Shown here piece after piece: positions 1-8,998 of a stretch of 47,097 nucleotides of DNA. The stretch's first letter is position 1, and every line of letters starts with the position of its first letter. A model generated the notes under the pieces. That model was not told where the DNA came from, ran no database searches, and worked only from the letters and a program-made list of their open reading frames with translations. The stretch comes from Promethearchaeota archaeon (GTDB lineage: Archaea; Asgardarchaeota; Lokiarchaeia; Sigyniarchaeales; SOKP01), in the NCBI GenBank assembly GCA_048938445.1, contig JBHLME010000010.1:1-47097 (forward strand). The letters run 5' to 3'. The position numbers and the translations under genes are program-made.

Positions 1-2
1 CT

Positions 3-461
3 AAAATGCATGTTGGAGGTGCTGCAAATCCAAATGCAGATCCTATGGAATCCGAAATTCTAAAAATAGGTAGAAAAGCAGAAGCTGGTTGTGAATTCAT
101 TCAAACACAAGTAGTTTATGATCTCGACAGAACTATTGAATTCTTGCAAGCTATTGGTAAATATAAAGTTCCAGTATTTCTTGGCATATCTCCAATGAAA
201 AGTTATGCGATTGCTAAAGGTTTTGACATGTTTGTTCCAGGTGTTGACGTGCCAAAAGATATTTTAGCACAGTGGAAGAGCGTGAAAACTGATATTACAG
301 ATAAAGTGCAACAAAAAGAAGCTTATGACCAATTAAACTATGAATTTTTCAAACCATTCATTACAGAGTTAAAATCAAAGAATTTATTAGCTGGAGTCCA
401 TTGCATGGCTGTTCACTATACAAGAATCTTTCCAAAATTAGTGGACGTCATAAAAGGATAA
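3..461 (+). CDS. metF: Methylenetetrahydrofolate reductase, C-terminal part (5'-truncated by window)
   Basis: Frame open from window edge; GGAANP, K..AGCEFIQTQVVYD and VPVFLGISP..S motifs of MTHFR. Confidence 0.85.
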   Translation, partial: KMHVGGAANPNADPMESEILKIGRKAEAGCEFIQTQVVYDLDRTIEFLQAIGKYKVPVFLGISPMKSYAIAKGFDMFVPGVDVPKDILAQWKSVKTDITDKVQQKEAYDQLNYEFFKPFITELKSKNLLAGVHCMAVHYTRIFPKLVDVIKG

Positions 462-646
462 ATCTATACTTTTTCTTTTTTATTTTTTTAAAATTATAAC
501 TTATCTTAAGTTAAATCGATTAAATTTTATTTTAATTCCTATTTATTTTTGATTGAACCGATTGATTTATATAATACTTCTTTTTTCAGTTTGATGAAAG
601 AAAATATATATTTTGATACTTAATAAGAAGTCAGTTATGTGATTTT

Positions 647-1918
647 ATGAACGAGGAAATTGAAAAAAATATTAGATTTTTTAAATTGAGCTATTCAGGA
701 TTATTATTAGAACCCAAGGTAGACTCTGAGGAAGATAAATTAGAACTCTTTAATATAAATAATGTTATAGCAGTTCATGTGAAAGATAAAAAGCGAATGT
801 ATATTTGGGTTGGGAAGCATTCAACCCAAAGCTTACAATATTATATCTCCAAGATAAGAGCTATTATTTCTCGAGAATATTCTGATCTGGTAACGCTAAG
901 ATACATTCATACGGACTCAGGATCAGAAATCCCTGAATTTTTTGATTCTACAGAATTATCAAAAGATAAGTTACATGATCAATTGAAATTTCAAGAAAAA
1001 ATATTAGCACCAAAAGTATCCGAAATTAGTGATCTTAAAAATATGGCCGATGAGTACTTTATGGCCGAAGATTATGACAAAGTTATCGAAATTTCTCAAA
1101 AAATTATTGAATTGGCTGATGAGCTCGGAGATGAAGGACTTAAAAAAGATCAAAAAGAATTCATAAATGAAGCCCAACAAAGAGCTGGACTTAAAAAAAT
1201 AATGTTAAGTGCTGAGCAAGAATCTGAAGAAATCAATAAACAATTTATAGAACTTATCAATACTGATAAAATAATTGATGCTCACGACTTTATTAATGCT
1301 TTTAAATCGAAATATGAAGAAATTGATTTATCATCTATACCTAAAATTGATGAAATTCTTACGAATGAGAAACAAATTTGGAAGGCGTTTTTAACAAAAC
1401 AAGATGATCTAATTAATGAAATAAATGTTCTAGAAAAAAAAATTTTCACCTGCATTGAAAAACAGGATATTGCAGAAGCGGAAAAGAGTTTTAAGAAGGT
1501 TAAAGCTTTACTCGAGAAAATTATCGATGAAACAATACAAAATAAATGGAAAGACATTGAACAAACTGTTATGAAATCAAGAGCTGATTATGATGATATG
1601 ATCCAAAATTCGAAAAATACGGTTAAACAACTTCAGGAAATAATAAAAAAAAATGAAGAAAATAATGAATTAGAATTATTAATAGAAAATTGCCAGAATA
1701 TTATAACGCATTTAAAGTTAGTAAAGGATAATGCTTTACTAGATCAATATTCTCAATTACTAGAAGAATCACTAGAAAAAAAACGTCTAAACAATTTGGT
1801 AGAAGTTATTGATGATTTAAGAAAAGAAAGTAAGATAAAATTGAATGAAGGGAATTTAATTGAATGTTTAAAATATTATGATAAAATTCTAAATCAATTA
1901 AAGGATTTTATGAATTAA
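647..1918 (+). CDS. Gelsolin-like domain + helical/TPR-like repeat protein
   Basis: N-terminal RMYIWVGKHS...DSGSEIPEFF matches the gelsolin repeat consensus (YxWxGxxS...GxExxEF); remainder is charged helical-hairpin repeats paralogous to 1947-3746. Confidence 0.7.
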   Translation: MNEEIEKNIRFFKLSYSGLLLEPKVDSEEDKLELFNINNVIAVHVKDKKRMYIWVGKHSTQSLQYYISKIRAIISREYSDLVTLRYIHTDSGSEIPEFFDSTELSKDKLHDQLKFQEKILAPKVSEISDLKNMADEYFMAEDYDKVIEISQKIIELADELGDEGLKKDQKEFINEAQQRAGLKKIMLSAEQESEEINKQFIELINTDKIIDAHDFINAFKSKYEEIDLSSIPKIDEILTNEKQIWKAFLTKQDDLINEINVLEKKIFTCIEKQDIAEAEKSFKKVKALLEKIIDETIQNKWKDIEQTVMKSRADYDDMIQNSKNTVKQLQEIIKKNEENNELELLIENCQNIITHLKLVKDNALLDQYSQLLEESLEKKRLNNLVEVIDDLRKESKIKLNEGNLIECLKYYDKILNQLKDFMN

Positions 1919-1946
1919 TTACTATGATAAAAAAAGGTGAAACAAT

Positions 1947-3746
1947 TTGGAACCGAAAGATAACGAAAAACGATTAACTGAGGAAGAAAGAGCACAGATA
2001 AAAGCTCTTGAAAAGATTGATGAATTAATAATCGTTCAAAATAACCATTATATGTTGGGAGAATATGATGATGCAATTAAAATTACTGAAGAAATAATTG
2101 AACTTGCGAAAAAAGATAATTTGTTAGAACTTGTAAAAGAGCAAGAAGATTATATTCAACAGATGCTAGCTGCAAAAGATAAAAGTAAACGATTAGCTGC
2201 TCTTAAAGAATTAAGCGAAATGAAAAAGAAAAAAGTTATTGAATTATTAGAATCTGGAGAAATTTTGAAAGCACATGAAATTGTAGAAGATTTTAAGAAA
2301 GAATATGGTAATGAATTTAATTTGAAGAAAATTGCATCTGCAAGAACTTTCATTCAAAAAGAAGAAGATATATGGATTAAATTCATTAAAAAACAAGAAT
2401 CCTTGAAAGAAGAAATAAAGATTTTAGAAAAATTAATCATTAAAGCTAGAGATGAAAATGATATGATTGCACAGTCTAAAATCTTGGATCAAGCAAAACC
2501 TCTAGTTTTAAAGTACGTGATTGAGGATATAAATGAGAAATGGAGTATATATGAAAAGGAACATTCGGATTTTATAGGAATAATAAACGAAGAAATAGCG
2601 ATTTATGAAGAAAAATTTCTGGAAAATAAAGAAAATAATAAATTAAGCGCAGCAATTAATTATTGCGAAAAAATCATAGAAAACGCACAGAAGAGTGGTA
2701 ATGTAGAGGTCATAAATAAATTCACCCAAATAGTTCAAGATATGAAAAATCAGTTTGAAAGTCAAGCAAGCGAAAAAAATAAGATTCTAAAAGAAATACA
2801 AGAGAAGGCAAAACAACTTGAAAGCGCTATTAAGGTTGAAGAAAATACCCTCCCTCTAATCGAGGAATTTTCAATTAATGATCTCCTAGGTGACATTACT
2901 GGAGATATTAATGAGACATTAGATAAAATTGGAAATTTACTTAGTGAACACAGGGTTGAGATAAAGAAAGAAATTTCAAATAAAGCAGTTTTAAGATCTG
3001 CTTCGGGAGAAATTGTAGAATTCGATAAAGATATTGAAGTAAAAGAAGATAATGAAGAACCTACGAGTTATTCTGTCCAATCTGGATTTACTAATCCATT
3101 TGATGATATTATAGAAGAAGGTATTCTTACAGATCTCGTTCCATATAATTTTGAAATAACACAGGTTACTTATAATGGCGAATTGGTTCCTCAACTTCCT
3201 GATAAAAATTTAACCAAAGATGGTCTTGAAATAAATTGGAAATTAGAAAATATTCCCCCTAATGAAAAAGTAGAAGTTAATTATGATTTACGAAGACGTG
3301 TGTCTCGTACGATTATCTTCATACTTGAAAATCATTTAAAAATAATCAAAACACACTCAAATTTGAATTCTATCGATATTGAAGGATCTTATGACGTTAA
3401 AATTCCATTTACGAATTCATTTGGTTTAGTACTAAATGGAGTCGTAGTAGAAGATATAATCCCCCTATATTATCTTCACTTTGTAAAAGAACCTACAAAA
3501 CTTTTGCCTGCACCACCAACTAGCTCTAGTATGGGGGATTTAATAAAGTGGAATGTAGGTAAAATGGAAATGGAAACATTAAATTATCATTATCGACTCC
3601 TAGAAATTTATCGATTGGAAGAAATTAAAATTAAAGTTGATGAATTAGATACTAAAGGTGCTGAAGCTCTCAAGCAGGTAAATATTAACGAAGCCCTTCA
3701 TAACTTTGAGCAAATTAAGAATATTATTTCAAATTACCTTAAATGA
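1947..3746 (+). CDS. Helical-repeat protein with two tandem Ig-like beta-sandwich domains, no signal peptide
   Basis: TTG start 11 nt after GGTG Shine-Dalgarno; helical N-half similar to 647-1918; two internal repeats (TNPFDDIIEEGILTDLVP..INWKLENIPPNEKVEVNYDL / TNSFGLVLNGVVVEDIIP..IKWNVGKMEMETLNYHY) resembling DUF11/TRAP-beta-type Ig folds. Confidence 0.6.
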   Translation: MEPKDNEKRLTEEERAQIKALEKIDELIIVQNNHYMLGEYDDAIKITEEIIELAKKDNLLELVKEQEDYIQQMLAAKDKSKRLAALKELSEMKKKKVIELLESGEILKAHEIVEDFKKEYGNEFNLKKIASARTFIQKEEDIWIKFIKKQESLKEEIKILEKLIIKARDENDMIAQSKILDQAKPLVLKYVIEDINEKWSIYEKEHSDFIGIINEEIAIYEEKFLENKENNKLSAAINYCEKIIENAQKSGNVEVINKFTQIVQDMKNQFESQASEKNKILKEIQEKAKQLESAIKVEENTLPLIEEFSINDLLGDITGDINETLDKIGNLLSEHRVEIKKEISNKAVLRSASGEIVEFDKDIEVKEDNEEPTSYSVQSGFTNPFDDIIEEGILTDLVPYNFEITQVTYNGELVPQLPDKNLTKDGLEINWKLENIPPNEKVEVNYDLRRRVSRTIIFILENHLKIIKTHSNLNSIDIEGSYDVKIPFTNSFGLVLNGVVVEDIIPLYYLHFVKEPTKLLPAPPTSSSMGDLIKWNVGKMEMETLNYHYRLLEIYRLEEIKIKVDELDTKGAEALKQVNINEALHNFEQIKNIISNYLK

Positions 3747-3761
3747 TGTTACCATAAACAA

Positions 3762-5807
3762 ATGTCAGTTCCTTATAGTAAACCAATTATTTTTATTGCA
3801 TCTTGGAATAAGGAAATTGGAATTAAAATCGAAAATAATTTTCCTATATCGATTAACCTTGATTTGGAACAAATAGCAATGCAAATTTTTATCACTTATC
3901 AAAATTTCTTCTCTATTGAGGATAAAAACGAAATTAAACGGAGTTTTTTTGAAATTCCCATTAAAAATCTTATCAGAAAAGCAAAAATATTGATAGATTC
4001 TATTGTTGATGAGAGAAACAATGAAAAAATACCCTATATAGTGGTTATACTCTTTCCTGATTATATAATGGATAAAGTTATGGATAAATTTAATGATATT
4101 ATGGAACAAATAGGAACTGAATTTTTAAATAAGAATCTTATGCTTTTCTCTGATAAGTACGCAAAAATAACTGAATTACTATTATTGGAGCAGAAAGTAC
4201 AAGATAAAGAAATTATCATTAATGAGAATTATTCTTCAAATGATTCCGTACAAGACTTTAAGAAAGGAATAGAATTATTTTCAAAAAAGAGTTTCGAACA
4301 AGCATATTTTCTGATAAAAAAGGCCTTCTTAAAATTTAAAAGTGAAAATAATGTTAAACTTTTATTAGATTCTCTTTTCTTTATTGCTACCACATTATCA
4401 GAATTAAATAAATTTCAAGCAGCTCAAGAGTATTATGAAGAATTAGCATCATTAGCAAGTTCTTTAAACCATCAAAAATATCTTGAAACAGCTTTATTCA
4501 TGGTGGGTTTTTGTGCTTATAAAAGAGGAGAATATGAGGTTACTTTACAAAAATTCTCTTTATTAAATTCTTTAGATAAAAATTATATTAATAAATTTCA
4601 ATATTATTCCCTTTGGGGCCGAATTTTAAGATTAACAGGTCAATATGATAAATCCTTACAGAATTTGGAAAGTGCCCTTGATATTAGTGAAAAATTAGAG
4701 CTAACTCAAAAAGAAAAGGAAAATAAAGCTCAAATTATATTGGAAATGGGGCATATTCATTATAAAATGGCAATTGATGGTTTAAAAGCAAATTTCATTA
4801 TTAAAGATCAGTTTAATCCATATTTTCAAAATGCAATTAAATATTATGATGATGCTATAAGAATTTGGGAGGATTTAGAAAATTTTACTCGCCTTAAGAA
4901 TGTTTATCAACTAGTAGGAAATATATATGAAGTATTAAATGAGACAGATCGTGCAATCTCCTCCTATGATAAAGCGTTAAAGTATGCAGAAATGACCAAT
5001 GATGCATTAGGGAGGATGGAAATTTATAGTCTCATGGTTTATCAATATCAAAAGAATGAAGAATATGAAATCCTCATTAAATTTTTAGATGAAATACTCT
5101 CCAAATTAAGAGCATATGCTTTTATTGATCTTAATACCATTAGCAATTATCACATGCAACTTGGTAAATCTCTCATAAAGATTGGAAAGAAGAAAGAAGC
5201 CCTCTCAGAGTTATTAATCGCATTAAATATATACAATCAGTTTAAGTACCCTATTAAAGAAGGATTAGATACACTTCAAGAAATAATCAATATATATAAG
5301 CAAGATAATCAAGAAAATTATGTAAAATATTATGAAAAGCAATATAATGATTTGCTAGAGAAAATACAGAATTATAAAGCTCAACAAGCGATTTCTCTTA
5401 AATTTAGAATATTAAACATAATAAAAGAACTCTGGATTTTCACGAATGAAGGTGTTGAACTTTTATCAAGTGCTCCAGAATCAAAATTAAATCCTCAACT
5501 ATTTGGAGGTTTTATTTCTGCATTACAAGCTTTGAGTACTGAGCTCTCTTCAGAAAAATTAAGATCGGTCATGATAGGTTCATTTAAATATTCAATTTAT
5601 ACTGAGAAAGACTCTCCTATTTTCATCATTGGTAGATCAACATTACAAGCCAATACAAGTATTATTGAAAAAATTTTAAGAACTATTTTTCAAGAATTCT
5701 TGAAAAAATTTCACCCATTTTTAGAAGACTATGATGGAGACTCCTCGAGATTTCTAGTTTTTTTAAATACTATAGAAAAAATGACTGAAAAAGACCTTAT
5801 TTCTTAG
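3762..5807 (+). CDS. uDENN/longin - TPR - longin domain protein (paralog A)
   Basis: N-terminal IFIASWNKEIGIKI..FP longin-like strand; central TPR repeats; C-terminal LWIFTNEGVELL..NPQLFGGFISALQALSTEL..LRSVMIG longin signature. Confidence 0.7.
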   Translation: MSVPYSKPIIFIASWNKEIGIKIENNFPISINLDLEQIAMQIFITYQNFFSIEDKNEIKRSFFEIPIKNLIRKAKILIDSIVDERNNEKIPYIVVILFPDYIMDKVMDKFNDIMEQIGTEFLNKNLMLFSDKYAKITELLLLEQKVQDKEIIINENYSSNDSVQDFKKGIELFSKKSFEQAYFLIKKAFLKFKSENNVKLLLDSLFFIATTLSELNKFQAAQEYYEELASLASSLNHQKYLETALFMVGFCAYKRGEYEVTLQKFSLLNSLDKNYINKFQYYSLWGRILRLTGQYDKSLQNLESALDISEKLELTQKEKENKAQIILEMGHIHYKMAIDGLKANFIIKDQFNPYFQNAIKYYDDAIRIWEDLENFTRLKNVYQLVGNIYEVLNETDRAISSYDKALKYAEMTNDALGRMEIYSLMVYQYQKNEEYEILIKFLDEILSKLRAYAFIDLNTISNYHMQLGKSLIKIGKKKEALSELLIALNIYNQFKYPIKEGLDTLQEIINIYKQDNQENYVKYYEKQYNDLLEKIQNYKAQQAISLKFRILNIIKELWIFTNEGVELLSSAPESKLNPQLFGGFISALQALSTELSSEKLRSVMIGSFKYSIYTEKDSPIFIIGRSTLQANTSIIEKILRTIFQEFLKKFHPFLEDYDGDSSRFLVFLNTIEKMTEKDLIS

Positions 5808-5904
5808 ATTTTCCAAAATTTAAATAAATTTTTATAAGATTAGTATTATTTTGTAATAAAATTTAATTCACTAAAAATACCATTTACTAATTTAAGAGAT
5901 ATAC

Positions 5905-6861
5905 ATGCATTTAATGTTGATTACTTTTGATAGCCTTCTCGGTCCAAAAATTTATCTTACAGTACCGGATACAATATCAAATGAAAAATTGAAAGAGAGA
6001 ATTTCTGATTTTCTTAATTTAGATTTGGGGAAATCCTTTTTTGAAATTAATATAATCGAAGAAAGTTTAAAAACTTTCAATCTTTATATCGAAATCCCCT
6101 CAGAAATAGCAAGAGGGGGGATTGAAATGGCATTAATAAGTTTGATAACGGAAAAAAATTATAAAAGTTCATTATTTTATGATATATTAAAAGATACTCA
6201 AAAACAAATGTTAGAGGTAAAAGATCTTTATAAAGGATTTTATATGGATGATAAGATTTCAGATAGTCAAGTTGAGATTAAATATAAGGAACTTAAGAAC
6301 ATTTTAAATCAATCTTATGAAAAATGTGAAGGAGCAATTTCACATTCAACAATAGGGAATATATTAATTTTAGGAATAAATAAAGTAGGGAAAACATCGA
6401 TAATTAACCATCTTAAAGAAAAGAAGTTTTCTTCAAATATTAAACCCACATTAGCATTAACCTTAATAGAGCTGATTATTGACACTTATTTATTTAAAAT
6501 AGTTGATGTTGGAGGTCAGAAAAGATTAAGAAATCAATGGTGGTCATATACATCATCACCTGATGCTATAGTATTTGTTTTTGATGTAAATGATAAGGGA
6601 GAACGCTTAGATGATACAAAAGAAGAATTCTTAAAGATTCTCGCAAAGTTATCAACAAAATTAGAAAAGTTACCTATATTAATATGTGCTAATAAAATGG
6701 ATTTAGCTTCAGATAAAATTGATTTGGATTATTTTAAAGAGTTATTAATTCCAAAACAAGTAAAGCTTAACTATAAGTTACAGTTAACGAGTGCTATTTC
6801 AGGGGAAGGACTAGGAGATGGATTTAAATGGCTTGTCAAGAATTTAATGGAAATTTCATAA
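5905..6861 (+). CDS. uDENN/longin domain fused to Arf-family small GTPase
   Basis: G1 GINKVGKTS, G2 KPT, G3 DVGGQKRLRNQW (Arf-type), G4 NKMD, G5 TSAISGEG; N-terminal ITFDSLLGPKIYLTVP is a uDENN/longin beta-1 motif. Confidence 0.85.
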   Translation: MHLMLITFDSLLGPKIYLTVPDTISNEKLKERISDFLNLDLGKSFFEINIIEESLKTFNLYIEIPSEIARGGIEMALISLITEKNYKSSLFYDILKDTQKQMLEVKDLYKGFYMDDKISDSQVEIKYKELKNILNQSYEKCEGAISHSTIGNILILGINKVGKTSIINHLKEKKFSSNIKPTLALTLIELIIDTYLFKIVDVGGQKRLRNQWWSYTSSPDAIVFVFDVNDKGERLDDTKEEFLKILAKLSTKLEKLPILICANKMDLASDKIDLDYFKELLIPKQVKLNYKLQLTSAISGEGLGDGFKWLVKNLMEIS

Positions 6862-6894
6862 ATTATAGAATTAATAAGTTTATCGTGGGTAAAG

Positions 6895-8958
6895 ATGGTT
6901 TCAAATAATTCGGATAATATAAAAAAAACTTCAAATATTCTTATCTTTATATCTATTTGGGATGAAGAAGTAGGCCCAACTATAGTGGATATCCATCCAA
7001 GGGTAAATATAGGGAATATTGAACAAATAACAATTCAAATTTTTCAAGCATATCAATTTTTTTGGGATTCTCCTGATAAACCTTATAATAGAGCAAAAAT
7101 GGTCTTGCCATTTAGAAATATCAACAAAAAAGCAAAAATCTTCTTTGATATCATTCCTAATCCCGATATTCGAGGAGGATTTCAACCTTTTAATGTTGTA
7201 ATACTTTGTCCTGATTATTTTTCCGATGAAAACTTATACATTTATGATGAGATTATGCTTAAAATTTCAAAAGACTTTGCCAAGCAACAAAATATTCGCC
7301 TTGAAAACTACTATCAGGAAGTTTATGATTTACTTGCATTAGAAGAAATTAATAAAAATGAGCCTGTTGAATTGGAAGATAATTATTCATATACAATTGC
7401 TATGGATGACTTTCAAGCAGGAATAAAATTATTTCAAACAAGAAATTATAAAGAAGCGTATAATTTATTAAAGAAAGTCCTGATAAAGTTTGAGCAAGAA
7501 AACCATAGAAACCTAATAATGGAAGTAGTGTATCTCATTGCATCCTTATTAGCTCAGCAAAAAGAATTCAACAATTCATATGAATTCTTTTCAAGATTAG
7601 AAAGTCTTTCAATTGAATTAGAACATCAAAAATACTTGGAAATAAGTAGATTTATGAAAGGATTCTGTGCATATAAAAATGAAAATTTCGTTGAAGCATT
7701 GGAGAACTTGAAAAAAATTGAAATTTTATCATCACAAAATATCAATAAAATACAATATTTTATGATGCATGGAAATATCCTCCAACAATTTAAACGATTA
7801 GAAGAGTCCCTAATCTCCTATAAAAATGCATTAGATTTAATACATAATTCACCTCAAATAGATAAATTAAGAAAACAACAAGCACACATACTATACGAAA
7901 TTGGCTATGTACACTATAAAATTGCCGTGCAAAACCTTAGGAATTTAGGATTGGATAAAATGCAAGATAATGAAACCAACTTTAATGAAAGTATAAGGTA
8001 TTTAGATGAATCTGTAAAAATTTTAACAAAATTAAATGATTACGATTTTTTAATCCAAGTATATCAGTTAATAGGAACAATTTTCGAACTTTTAGGTAAT
8101 ATGGATAATTCCATTTATTATTTTAAAGAAGCAATGGATCTAGCAATGAAAAACAAGAGATTTGGAAAGAAGCTAACAATCATTACTAAATTGATTCAAA
8201 AACAAGCTGAATTGGAAAAACATGAAAAGAATGTTAAAATTATCGAAAATTTATTGAAAGAAATTGATAATCTCAAACTAGTAGATTTACATACAATCGC
8301 TACTTTTCATGTTAAGTTAGGAGAATCTTTAATTAAAATTGGAAATAAAGAAAAGGGAATTAAGGAAATGATAGAAGCACATGAAATTTTTAAAACCTTC
8401 CAAACACCTGTATATAATGATCTCCTATTATTATCCCAAATTGTGAACTTCTTCACAGAAATAAAAGATTTTGAAAAAGTAACTTATTATGGAGAAGAAA
8501 TCAATAAAATCTCAAAAGAACTTCATGAATTTTCAATCCAAAAACCAAAATTATCCTCTCCATTGCATACTATCGGAGAAATATGGATTTATTCAACTTC
8601 TACGGGGGTTACATTATTTAGCTATGCTCCTGAGACTCAAGTCGATCAAGACCTCCTCGGAGGTTTTTTAACAGCAATACAGCAATTCAGTTTAGAACTA
8701 TCGCAAAAAGAATTCGATTCCATGGTAATTGGTAATGATTTATTTATGTTTTATAAAGAACCTAACATGGAATTTGCTATATTTGGCAAAGCAAGTAACA
8801 AGACACCCCCAGAACTAGCAAAAAGAATATTGACTATTATATATAAGAGATTTTGGAAAGAATATGCTCCCTCAATAAATGATTTTAAGGGGGATATTAC
8901 TCCATTTATCACTTTCAAAGATATCATTGAATCTCTTGATTTAACATTAGAAATGTGA
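6895..8958 (+). CDS. uDENN/longin - TPR - longin domain protein (paralog B)
   Basis: ISIWDEEVGPTIVDIHP longin start; collinear with 3762-5807 over the full length; C-terminal IWIYSTSTGVTLFSY..DQDLLGGFLTAIQQFSLEL. Confidence 0.7.
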   Translation: MVSNNSDNIKKTSNILIFISIWDEEVGPTIVDIHPRVNIGNIEQITIQIFQAYQFFWDSPDKPYNRAKMVLPFRNINKKAKIFFDIIPNPDIRGGFQPFNVVILCPDYFSDENLYIYDEIMLKISKDFAKQQNIRLENYYQEVYDLLALEEINKNEPVELEDNYSYTIAMDDFQAGIKLFQTRNYKEAYNLLKKVLIKFEQENHRNLIMEVVYLIASLLAQQKEFNNSYEFFSRLESLSIELEHQKYLEISRFMKGFCAYKNENFVEALENLKKIEILSSQNINKIQYFMMHGNILQQFKRLEESLISYKNALDLIHNSPQIDKLRKQQAHILYEIGYVHYKIAVQNLRNLGLDKMQDNETNFNESIRYLDESVKILTKLNDYDFLIQVYQLIGTIFELLGNMDNSIYYFKEAMDLAMKNKRFGKKLTIITKLIQKQAELEKHEKNVKIIENLLKEIDNLKLVDLHTIATFHVKLGESLIKIGNKEKGIKEMIEAHEIFKTFQTPVYNDLLLLSQIVNFFTEIKDFEKVTYYGEEINKISKELHEFSIQKPKLSSPLHTIGEIWIYSTSTGVTLFSYAPETQVDQDLLGGFLTAIQQFSLELSQKEFDSMVIGNDLFMFYKEPNMEFAIFGKASNKTPPELAKRILTIIYKRFWKEYAPSINDFKGDITPFITFKDIIESLDLTLEM

Positions 8959-8998
8959 CCATCAACTATTTAGATTTCTTTAACCAATTTAATTTTAG

